Below the pieces are notes generated by a model. It saw only the letters and a program-made list of their open reading frames with translations. It did not search any database and was not told the origin of the DNA. Below are positions 55,392-64,000 of a stretch of 64,000 bases of DNA, piece by piece. The number at the start of each line of letters is the position of its first letter. Position 1 is the first letter of the stretch. Position numbers and translations under genes: made by a program. Source of the stretch: Savitreella phatthalungensis (lineage: Eukaryota); the NCBI GenBank assembly GCA_051599415.1, contig AP039707.1, positions 62,001 through 126,000 on the forward strand. The letters run 5' to 3'.

Positions 55392-55626
55392 CACAGCAAC
55401 CCACTTGACTGATTCACCAACAGAATAGCTCACTGACTCCTTGAGTGACCGAGCTGTAGACAATAAACCAAGGACGACGCTGATAACGTCGGAAGGAAAG
55501 CGTAGAGAGTAGACTAGCCTGTTTGTGCGAGCAGGTTTTTTTTCTTTCTTCGTTCACCTGTCACAGAAAGATCAGATCAAATTCTCAAAAAGACGTGTAC
55601 GACCTCTCACACCAAAAAAGTCTAAG

Positions 55627-55632
55627 ACGCGT
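55627..55632. promoter_or_regulatory. MCB element upstream of DPB2
   Basis: AAGACGCGTC about 105 bp before the ATG. Confidence 0.55.
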
Positions 55633-55734
55633 CACAAGAAGCCCTCAACAACATCCTCCAACTACATCCCTTCCTCTGTACACTTGGTCCTGCCGTCTCT
55701 TGACCTGTGTCTGAGTCGCATTTTGTGAGGGTCA

Positions 55735-57768
55735 ATGACCAGTGTAGCGCCTATCTTCGCTCGAAGGCAAACAGACGCTCATGAGGATGGCAATCACGCG
55801 TTGACACAGGGTAGACCAGCTGCTGGAGGGCTTCCAGTCGCTGTTGCTCCACGGCCAGCGCTTGCAGTCAAACTAGAACCTGCACAGCTTCGTCCACTCG
55901 CATTCCGCGTCTTCACAAAGAAGTATAATCTCACGTTACGCTCAGATGCGCTTGTAGTGCTCGCCACACATATCGGTACGCGCTGCGGTCAGGCATGGCG
56001 CACAACAGCAGAACCCATCCTTGACGAAATTGCACGATCGTGGAAGCGTCTCCGGTCTGCAGAACCTATCGTCGATGAGGCAAACCTCCTGCCGATCATA
56101 AAGTCACTTGATATCCCACATCCAGCCAGACCTGCAAGTCTAGTGACGCGAGAGGATTCTATTGCCGCAGCCGCAGCAACGACAGCAGCAGGTACAGGCG
56201 ATTCAGCAGATGCATCGATCACAGGAGCTTCACTCGCCGTCGACCCACGTCAGCACCTCCGTTGCATCGACGCCTTCACCCAACCGGCCATTCGATTTGA
56301 TCATGTCCGTGGCGTGTTTGAGCATCGCCCGAAACTCCTCAAGACTTCTCTCGCAGGGCCAGAAGCGAGGACGGACAACTTGAGAGAAAGGTACCACTAC
56401 CTGCTAGCCCGCGTCAAGCGACACGAATCCTTCCAGCGTCCAGCTGTCCTCTCAACCCACCTCCCCTCATCCACAACGACCCCGAGATCCACGCAGGAGA
56501 CCGGCTCATACCACCGGATCACCTGTATTAAGAATCTCCTAGGCAGGCAAGGCGGCAGGTTCATGCTCTTCGGTCTCCTGGCCCGTGCACCTGACGGCGG
56601 TCTCGTCCTCGAAGATCCAGACGACTGTGTGAAGTTGGACCTCTCGAAAGCTCAGCTCGGTGGCGGCTGGTTTGTACCGGGGTGCTTTGTGCTCGTGGAC
56701 GGAGTGTACACGCGAGAAGAGGTGCTACGCGTGGATGCGATCGGGTTGCCGCCTGCAGAGCCGAGATCAGAGTCGCGCGACTGCTATGCCGGCTGCGATT
56801 TCCTCGGCACGGCAATCGAGCGGTCTCACGAACGCCATCTCCGCCGCACAGAGCTCACCCTCACACACTCGAAAATCGTCATCTGCAACACCTGCCACCT
56901 AGACGACCCGCGTCATCTCGCAGCCCTCCGCAAGTGTCTCACCCACTACGACGCCCTACCGGACATCCAGCAGCCCCTGGCGATCGTCCTCGTCGGTGAC
57001 TTCTGCACCACCGGCTTCGCAGGCCTCGCTGCAGACACAGCCGCAGGCATCGAGGTCGCTGGATCACCAGCCTACAAGCGGCTCTGGGACGACTTTGCAG
57101 CACTCGTCGAAGCATCCTGCCCTAAACTCATCAAACGTACACGCTTCATCTGCGTCCCAGGACCCAACGACCCTTGGACCGTCCCTGGCTCACCAGATCT
57201 CCATCCTCTCCCGCGCAGGCCCATTCCACAGGCCTTCACCACCAGACTTGCGAGAATCCTGGGACCGTCAAACTTCACAAGGGCCAGCAACCCTTGCAGG
57301 ATCACTTACTTCACCCAGGAGCTCGTCATCCTCCGCGACGACGTCACTGCCAGACTCCAGAGACTTAACATCAGTGGTCTGTGTGCTGGTCCTGCCGCTC
57401 CGATCGACCTTGGTCCAGGCGTAGCTCCCATCTGGCCGGCCCTGAACGACACAGCGAGGACGTTGATCTCTCAGGCATCCCTGTCTCCTTTTGCTGACGC
57501 AGGAGGGCGGACGCACGACCACGCTTTCGCTGCAGACGCACTCCGCCTGATGCCACTCCCGACAACCCTGATCCTCTGCCAGGGCGGCGTCATGGGCGAC
57601 GTCTCCGGCAAGCTCCTCCAGACCACCGGCGTCGCCCTCCATGCACGCACGCAGACATGCTTCCCACAGACACTCCTCCCCACAGCAACCCAGCAGGGCA
57701 AAGAGGCCAGATGGACACAGCTCACCCTCCACGACAACTCGATCGACTACATGTCAGAATACATTTGA
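55735..57768 (+). CDS. DPB2: DNA polymerase epsilon subunit B
   Basis: LRPLAFRVFTKKYNL, PGCFVLVDG, VPGPNDP, SNPCRITYFTQELVILRDD, LRLMPLP motifs; 677 aa. Confidence 0.92.
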   Translation: MTSVAPIFARRQTDAHEDGNHALTQGRPAAGGLPVAVAPRPALAVKLEPAQLRPLAFRVFTKKYNLTLRSDALVVLATHIGTRCGQAWRTTAEPILDEIARSWKRLRSAEPIVDEANLLPIIKSLDIPHPARPASLVTREDSIAAAAATTAAGTGDSADASITGASLAVDPRQHLRCIDAFTQPAIRFDHVRGVFEHRPKLLKTSLAGPEARTDNLRERYHYLLARVKRHESFQRPAVLSTHLPSSTTTPRSTQETGSYHRITCIKNLLGRQGGRFMLFGLLARAPDGGLVLEDPDDCVKLDLSKAQLGGGWFVPGCFVLVDGVYTREEVLRVDAIGLPPAEPRSESRDCYAGCDFLGTAIERSHERHLRRTELTLTHSKIVICNTCHLDDPRHLAALRKCLTHYDALPDIQQPLAIVLVGDFCTTGFAGLAADTAAGIEVAGSPAYKRLWDDFAALVEASCPKLIKRTRFICVPGPNDPWTVPGSPDLHPLPRRPIPQAFTTRLARILGPSNFTRASNPCRITYFTQELVILRDDVTARLQRLNISGLCAGPAAPIDLGPGVAPIWPALNDTARTLISQASLSPFADAGGRTHDHAFAADALRLMPLPTTLILCQGGVMGDVSGKLLQTTGVALHARTQTCFPQTLLPTATQQGKEARWTQLTLHDNSIDYMSEYI

Positions 57769-57810
57769 GCTCGACCTCCACTACGTAGCCCCCCCTCCCG
57801 CCCGTAGCGC

Positions 57811-60750
57811 CTAGCTAGGTAAAAGTTTCGCTGCAGGGTGAATTACCGGCGGCGGCTGACCGAGCGGTGGCAGCACCTTGACAAACTCCTCGATGATCGC
57901 CATGAATCGTGTCTCCCTGTCTACCCCACCCCGCACAACCTCCTCCAGTGCCGCCTCCCGATCCACATCCGCCTCTACCCACGCCGACCACAGAACTCCC
58001 TCCCATCCGCCACCCCGCAACCCATCCAGCCACCCGCGAACCACATCTGCCCCTTCCGTATCACCCTCAGGCAACCCTTTCACCCACACGTACAAGTAAC
58101 CCCTGATATCTCCATCTGCAGGTGCGGCGTCGATTGCCCTGGCGAACCAGGCGCGGGCTTTGGCGATCTTGGTTGGTGATCTGTCGATGTCTGCTGCGAA
58201 GACTCTGGCTACTGTGGCGAGTAGGGTATGTGATGATGCTGGGGTGTTGGCTGTGGCCTTTAGGGCTTGCGTGGCTGTTGGCAGGCGGTTTGAAGGTTTC
58301 GGGGCTAGGTCGATTGCGAGTGCCCAGAGTTCCTGGGAGAGTGGAAGGGCTTTGAGTGCGGCGGCGAGGAGGAGTGATGCTTGCTTGTGCTCGCCCGCAC
58401 GAGCTTCCAGCAACACACCCTCAAGGGCCACGGCCGCAAACCCAGGAGTGCCACCGACTGCGGTACGTCCACGCTCACACACAACCCGAGCACGAGAAAC
58501 CGATCCAACACTCTCCTCAAACCTGCACCAACTCACCCACACACCCGCGTCACCGCACACCCGCACCCCAGACGCGTACGTAGCGCGCGCCCCACCGATG
58601 TCCGCCAGATCGCACTGGATCGCGGCTTTGGCCGTGATGAGGCGGGATGCGTGTGGGTGGTGGGTGAGTGCGTCGTTTGCGTAGGTGAGTGCTTTGGAGG
58701 TCTGTTTGGCTCTGCGGAGGAAGGTGATGATGCGCAGGTAGAGTTGCTGGTCTGGTGGTTGGTGGCGTGGGTCTGTGATGGCGCGAGCGAGGATGTCAGT
58801 GGCCCGGTCCTGGTCGGCCGCGCCCAAGGAAAGCTCAGAGAGTGCGACCCAGAGCGTGCCGGCGCCGGAGCGAACAGCGGACAGGCCGTCCTCGAGCACG
58901 CGTGAGGCCCCGGCAACGTCTCCGAGTGACGCACACAGCTGCGATAGGGACAGCCACAGCGACGAAGCACGGGGGCATGCAGTGCAAGCACGATCAAGAA
59001 TCTCCCGAGCGTCCACAGCAGCACTAGAGGTCTTGTGCGACAGCGCAAACTCGGCGTAACGCTCCCAAACGCTCGCCGTGTCGATTTCCCCAGCGGTCGT
59101 ATTTCCGCGAGCGAGCACAGCCTCATAGACTGCAGCAGCAACGGCAGGGCAACCATCTGAGTCAGCGGTGTCAGCGAGCGACAGGTCTGGTGGGGGTGTG
59201 CCGGGGTTTTGGAAGAGGGCTGTGACGATGGCGGCTGCTGTCTTGGGGGCGTCGCCGTCACGCTCACACTTGCGTGCGTCCTCGAGCCAGTCTGAATTTG
59301 GTCGAGCCTGAAGGGTAGGAAGTGCTATTGCCCTGGCGACGATGCCGTTGATCCGGGTTTTGTCGCCACCGGATCGCTCCTCGAGCTTGGCGGCCTCGAG
59401 CCAGACGTCAAGGTCGTCAGGGCAAGCTATCCTTGCGCGGTTCAGCACCTTGCGAGCGTTCGCGACAGTCTCCAATCGGGCCAGCGCCAGCCACAGCGCC
59501 GTCGACCCAGGCACCACCTCGACCGCCCGCGCCAACAACAGTCGAGCGTCCGCACGGTCATTCTCCAGATTCACAGCTTCCTTCCATAGCTCGACGCTCT
59601 CAGGCACAAACTCAAGCCCACGACGGACCACACGGCGCTTCCCAACCACGGTCTCCTCGAGCCGGATCGCCGCCATCCAAATCTCGACTGCTCGAGGATT
59701 CAGCGATGCGGCCTGGGCTAGGATCCGCTTCGCGTTTGGTGGGGTGTTCAGTCGCGCTCGTTCTAGCCAGATGTCGGTGCTGCGCGGGCACGCTTCACAC
59801 GCGCGCTGCATGATGTCTCGTGCAGCCACAATCTTGCCGGCGACTTCCTCGAGGCGCGCGGCGGCGATCCAGCCTGGCGCGTGCGAAGGGTTGGTTTGCG
59901 TGACTGAGGAGAGGAGAAGTCTAGCTTTCTTCACATCGGAGATCTGGCCTGCGTCACCAACGGTTTGGGAGGCCATGGTGGTCAGATACCGCTGTGCGTC
60001 GATCGCTGTGGCGGTGCCGCTCGACGCCTGGTCGATCTGAAGACCCAGAACCTTGTCCCGCTCGAGAGACGTTTTGACGAGAGAATCCTCGGTATCGTCT
60101 TCCTCCGTCACTGTCTTTTCGAACTGCGTCGACGCGAGTCCGCTCGCCAGTAGACTGTCAGGGACAGCGTAGAAGCGCTCCGATCGAGCAGCAAGACGTG
60201 CACGTTTGTTCTTCCGTGTCAAGTCACCGACCTCTGGTAAGTTTGCCCACTCGTCCTCAGTCACCGTGCTCAGGCTAGAGCGGACGTCCTTGAATTGCTC
60301 TGCGATGCTAGGTACCACCTTTCCCTGACTGTCCCGCTGGGTCGTGGCTTCGCGCTCTTCAAGCTCGCGCTGAGCGTCCTGTGTCTTCCTCCGCCGCCGC
60401 CGACGGAGCTCGATCAGGTCATATGTTCGATCTGCATCTGCATCCTCACGGTCATAAGGTAGCCCTGCAAACAATGCCACCTCGTTATCAGGATCTCTGT
60501 CGCCATCGCCGGGTGCGTCGGCAAATCTCTCAGCGTCTCCACCATCAACCCCATTCCCGTCATCATCATCGGCGTCACCACCCTCGGCTTTCGCCTTCAA
60601 TGCACTTGCAAGGTCCTCGGCACCGATCCCGACGGTGCCACCGAGGTCAGCTCGTGTTGTGAACCCTGTAGCGCCTCTGCCAATGCCTGCAATGTAGTTT
60701 GGCGGCGGGTCCTGCGATAGAAAGGCCAGTCTAGACGACGGCGGAGGCAT
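57811..60750 (-). CDS. PRP6: U4/U6.U5 tri-snRNP protein Prp6 (S. pombe Prp1), HAT/TPR repeats
   Basis: FLSQDPPPNYIAGIGRGATGFTTRADLG, EWANLPEVGDLT, KKARLLLSSVTQTNPSHAPGWIAAARLEE. Confidence 0.95.
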   Translation of the reverse strand: MPPPSSRLAFLSQDPPPNYIAGIGRGATGFTTRADLGGTVGIGAEDLASALKAKAEGGDADDDDGNGVDGGDAERFADAPGDGDRDPDNEVALFAGLPYDREDADADRTYDLIELRRRRRRKTQDAQRELEEREATTQRDSQGKVVPSIAEQFKDVRSSLSTVTEDEWANLPEVGDLTRKNKRARLAARSERFYAVPDSLLASGLASTQFEKTVTEEDDTEDSLVKTSLERDKVLGLQIDQASSGTATAIDAQRYLTTMASQTVGDAGQISDVKKARLLLSSVTQTNPSHAPGWIAAARLEEVAGKIVAARDIMQRACEACPRSTDIWLERARLNTPPNAKRILAQAASLNPRAVEIWMAAIRLEETVVGKRRVVRRGLEFVPESVELWKEAVNLENDRADARLLLARAVEVVPGSTALWLALARLETVANARKVLNRARIACPDDLDVWLEAAKLEERSGGDKTRINGIVARAIALPTLQARPNSDWLEDARKCERDGDAPKTAAAIVTALFQNPGTPPPDLSLADTADSDGCPAVAAAVYEAVLARGNTTAGEIDTASVWERYAEFALSHKTSSAAVDAREILDRACTACPRASSLWLSLSQLCASLGDVAGASRVLEDGLSAVRSGAGTLWVALSELSLGAADQDRATDILARAITDPRHQPPDQQLYLRIITFLRRAKQTSKALTYANDALTHHPHASRLITAKAAIQCDLADIGGARATYASGVRVCGDAGVWVSWCRFEESVGSVSRARVVCERGRTAVGGTPGFAAVALEGVLLEARAGEHKQASLLLAAALKALPLSQELWALAIDLAPKPSNRLPTATQALKATANTPASSHTLLATVARVFAADIDRSPTKIAKARAWFARAIDAAPADGDIRGYLYVWVKGLPEGDTEGADVVRGWLDGLRGGGWEGVLWSAWVEADVDREAALEEVVRGGVDRETRFMAIIEEFVKVLPPLGQPPPVIHPAAKLLPS

Positions 60751-61181
60751 CCTGTTGTACCGCTACACCCCTTATAGATTCCTCCTGACTTCTCCTGCTT
60801 CACTGGAACACGAATTCGTTAGCATCGACTTGAGGATGAGATTCGTAGCATCAAGAGAAGCATCGTTGACCTTCTACACAGTGTACTCTTCGAACACCGA
60901 TGACCTTGATGATGTCTTCGTCGTCGTTGTAGTTAGAAGTTAGAGGACGTTCTCTTGGTGTAACTCTATTGTTGTACTACCCCGTGCATTCAATCATACT
61001 TCGTGACAGGGTAGTACAACACAATGACGAATGACAACATCCTCGCACGCATACAACACTGCAGACTACTCCAAGGACAACAACATTCACATTCTTATAG
61101 GTGCTGGCCTTTCATCATATCCTCTGAGTCTGACGTTGACACTAGATCAAGTCGCTAGACGACCGCAGTTGTCCATACAGG

Positions 61182-63053
61182 ATGAAGCAGATGGTTCAGC
61201 TGCAGGCGGGCACAGGCCGCAACCATCCTGGCAACGACGGTTCATCCACGTCAAGTACCAGCCCTTCTATCCTTGGAAGGACTCCTCCAGTCGCTGTTAA
61301 CGCTTCAAACACTGCGCCGCACACAGCTGGTTCTACTGCGCCGATGAACATCTCTAGACCTGGCTCTGCATCTAGTCTGAAGCGCGCGGTGTCGATGACG
61401 CTTGGCTCAGGACCTATTGTCAAAGGTGCCTCGTACTCGCACACTGATCTGCTGTCACTGCAGTCTCGATCGTCTTCGCCTATTCCGCAGGGTGTGGGTT
61501 CTGGTGGCGGTGGAGGTGGGTCATCTGCACCTCGAGCTTCGTTGACGAAGCACGACCGGTCTTCGAAGCTGACGAACCTGCTGAATGCTACGGACGACGA
61601 CTGGGCTTCCGACATGGACGACTCTCACCGTGCGGCTGCGCGCAGGCAGGCATCCACCCTCATCAAGTCGATCGAGTACCGCCCACAGCGCACTCCCACA
61701 GGCCTCTCCAGTCCAGGCGGCTCGACAACCAGCCTGAACCGTTCAGCACATCCCGCTGGAATGATGACCAATGCACAGACACAGACGACAATCAACGCTC
61801 AAGGAGCGAATACCTCATCAGCAGGTGACCTGGAAGGCACCTCCTTTGCACCACTCAAAAAAACACATTCATTCCCACAGTACCCGGCTGGTGTACCCCA
61901 GGGCGGTGTACGGACCGGGTGGAGAGATATCTTGGAAGATCCAGTCCGGTTACTGGACAGTCGATTTCTGCCTGTGTCTGCGGTGGCGGAGGAGTCCGGA
62001 GGTGGTGGTGTTGGTGGAGAGAGTGACAGTGTGAGTGTGAGTGAGGAGGCGCTTTCGCGGCAGACGCGGATTGGTCGGTTTCGACGTATTCTGAGCGCTG
62101 CACATGTGGATCTGGGTGCGCTGCGGAAGCTTGCATGGAACGGTGTGCCTGAGGAGCTGCGAGCGTGCGTGTGGCCAGTGCTGCTGGGTCACGTCGCCAC
62201 GCATGCGGATCGGCGGAAAGGCGCGCTTGCACGAAAGCGGCAGGAGTATCTGGACGGCGTGGCACACTGCTGGCGGCACGGTGTCGACGGACTCGACCCC
62301 ACCATCTGGCACCAGATCCACATCGACGTCCCCCGCACCAACCCACTCATCCGGCTGTATCAGTACCCAACCACGCAGCGCGCGCTCGAACGGATACTCT
62401 ACCTCTGGGCAGTCAGACACCCGGCCTCCGGCTACGTCCAGGGCATCAACGACCTCGCCACCCCGTTCTTCCAGGTCTTCCTCTCGAGCTACCTCCGTCC
62501 AGGCGACGCCCCCGAACTCGTCGACCCTGCTACCTTCCCAAAGGAGTGCATCGACGCCGTCGAGGCAGACACCTTCTGGTGTCTCTCGAAACTGCTCGAT
62601 GGCATCCAGGACAACTACATCCACGCGCAGCCTGGGATTGTCCGGCAGGTCGGTAACCTGCGTGAGCTGACATCCCGGATTGACATGCCGCTCGTGAGAC
62701 ACCTGGACGGTGAGGGTGTGGAGTTTATGCAGTTTGCGTTCAGGTGGATCAACTGCCTGCTGATGCGTGAGCTGTCTGTGCGGTGCACGACTCGGATGTG
62801 GGACACGTACATGGCTGAAGGGCCGTTGGCGTTCTCGGACTTCCACCTGTACGTGTGTACGGCGCTGCTGGTCAAGTACTCAAAGGAGATCCAGGCCAGA
62901 GACTTCCAGAACATCATCATCCTCCTCCAAGCACTCCCGACAGCGGCCTGGACAGACAAGGAGATCGAGATGCTTCTCTCGGAAGCGTACCTCTGGAAAT
63001 CACTCTGGTCAAACTCGCCACAGTTCACAACACAGGCACGCAGCGGCAGGTAG
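61182..63053 (+). CDS. GYP1: TBC-domain Rab GTPase-activating protein
   Basis: LRKLAWNGVP, Arg finger IHIDVPRT, Gln finger YVQGINDL, FAFRWINCLLMRE. Confidence 0.93.
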   Translation: MKQMVQLQAGTGRNHPGNDGSSTSSTSPSILGRTPPVAVNASNTAPHTAGSTAPMNISRPGSASSLKRAVSMTLGSGPIVKGASYSHTDLLSLQSRSSSPIPQGVGSGGGGGGSSAPRASLTKHDRSSKLTNLLNATDDDWASDMDDSHRAAARRQASTLIKSIEYRPQRTPTGLSSPGGSTTSLNRSAHPAGMMTNAQTQTTINAQGANTSSAGDLEGTSFAPLKKTHSFPQYPAGVPQGGVRTGWRDILEDPVRLLDSRFLPVSAVAEESGGGGVGGESDSVSVSEEALSRQTRIGRFRRILSAAHVDLGALRKLAWNGVPEELRACVWPVLLGHVATHADRRKGALARKRQEYLDGVAHCWRHGVDGLDPTIWHQIHIDVPRTNPLIRLYQYPTTQRALERILYLWAVRHPASGYVQGINDLATPFFQVFLSSYLRPGDAPELVDPATFPKECIDAVEADTFWCLSKLLDGIQDNYIHAQPGIVRQVGNLRELTSRIDMPLVRHLDGEGVEFMQFAFRWINCLLMRELSVRCTTRMWDTYMAEGPLAFSDFHLYVCTALLVKYSKEIQARDFQNIIILLQALPTAAWTDKEIEMLLSEAYLWKSLWSNSPQFTTQARSGR

Positions 63054-63087
63054 GTAATCGAATTCCGTCATGACCTTTGGCCGATTT

Positions 63088-64000
63088 CTAGTACATCTGC
63101 GTGATGGTTCTGAAACGAGCATCGTTCCTATCGACCACGCCAATCACCACACACCCGAATTCGTCTTTGTCATCGTCGTCGTCGTCGTTGTCATCATTGT
63201 CATGGTCGTGAGTGTTTTCGTCAGTGTCTGTGAGCGGTCGGGGTGATAGACGAGCGTGGATGGCTGCTTGTGCGTGTGGGAATGAGAAGCACTTTGCGAT
63301 CTGAACGTCTAGGAAATTTTGGTTGTCGACGAGGTTGTACGCGAGTGCTAGCTCTCTGACACAGGCTATATCCTCGTCTGTCATATTCTGGGTGACTGGA
63401 ACGGCATCGCCGGTGTATGCGGAGTAGGTGGTTTTGGAGTGGTCGTCGTGGACGTCGAGGTAGAGTCTGGGGGAGGCTGTGACTCTGTTTCGGAAGACGG
63501 CTTTCCAGGAGATGCTTTGCGGGGTGACTGTGATGAAGCGTGCTCGGTCGGTGGTGAATTCGTCGACGTGGTCGTACACAGAGGTGTCGTCGCCGAGGCA
63601 GTCGATGACGAGGTCGAAATTCCGTTCCTTCCTCCCGCGCACCGCACCCAGCACCGCACCTGCAGAGCTACCCTTCACACCCACCACATCCACAAACTCA
63701 TCCACCCCAAACTCGACCAGTCGATCCCTCACCCCCCTAACCATCGGCGCACTCCCTTCCACCACACACCCGAATGCCTTTGCCGCCTGGGTTGCGAAGA
63801 GGCCGAGTGGCGTGTGGAGGCCGTGTATGAAGATGCGCGGGTGCCCTGCGGATGGCAGTTGTGCTAGTTGGAGTGCTCTGCAGGCGAGGACGCTGTAGGC
63901 TGCAACTGCTGCGTTCTCCTCGTCCGTCAGCGAAGTCTTTGCCTTGTGGAGACGGTGGAGGGCGATGGTGATGACTTCCGCAAGACCGCCTTTCCCGCGT
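63088..64000 (-). CDS. MDR-superfamily (quinone/enoyl reductase-like) oxidoreductase homolog, 5' end beyond the window
   Basis: Frame open from the window end: GGLAEVITI...LTDEENAAVA...RIFIHGLHTPLGLFATQAAKAFG...FDLVIDCLG. Confidence 0.7.
   Translation of the reverse strand, partial: RGKGGLAEVITIALHRLHKAKTSLTDEENAAVAAYSVLACRALQLAQLPSAGHPRIFIHGLHTPLGLFATQAAKAFGCVVEGSAPMVRGVRDRLVEFGVDEFVDVVGVKGSSAGAVLGAVRGRKERNFDLVIDCLGDDTSVYDHVDEFTTDRARFITVTPQSISWKAVFRNRVTASPRLYLDVHDDHSKTTYSAYTGDAVPVTQNMTDEDIACVRELALAYNLVDNQNFLDVQIAKCFSFPHAQAAIHARLSPRPLTDTDENTHDHDNDDNDDDDDDKDEFGCVVIGVVDRNDARFRTITQMY

Noticed and set aside
5471..63898. Numerous 60-310 aa antisense or alternate-frame ORFs overlapping the called genes
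   Set aside because: Expected shadow ORFs in GC-rich coding DNA; none has a recognisable domain.

Overview
Eukaryotic, fungal genomic DNA that is gene-dense and very intron-poor. The proteins and splice signals are ascomycete-like; early-diverging Taphrinomycotina is my inference and cannot be confirmed here. About 22 protein-coding genes are supported: a partial Zn2Cys6 TF, glycogen branching enzyme, an unduplicated Mad3/Bub1 kinase, malic enzyme, a C2H2/fungal-TF regulator, an M28 membrane metallopeptidase, a frameshifted SET methyltransferase, RPL4, a GH105/GH88-like hydrolase, ASF1, HRP1/Msi2-type RRM protein, NUP2-like nucleoporin, a PHD-JmjC demethylase, SCP2, mitochondrial S18, RPA1, DPB2, PRP6, GYP1, a partial MDR oxidoreductase and several hypotheticals. 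Only two introns were found. The most interesting items are: (1) a 1.7-kb non-coding element at 42016-43735 with imperfect terminal inverted repeats, 11-bp-phased CGG-N8-CGG subterminal repeats, symmetric CACGTG boxes and an internal array of a 14-bp motif; (2) about 1.9 kb away, a JHD1-type PHD-JmjC demethylase fused to two Zn2Cys6 domains, a family that binds CGG; (3) a 682-nt HRP1 intron with a duplicated branchpoint/acceptor and long-range complementarity that would mask the proximal acceptor; (4) a +1 frameshift in the SET gene; (5) oscillating G/T versus C/A skew inside coding sequences. All calls were made by eye from the sequence and ORF track; no database searches were run.
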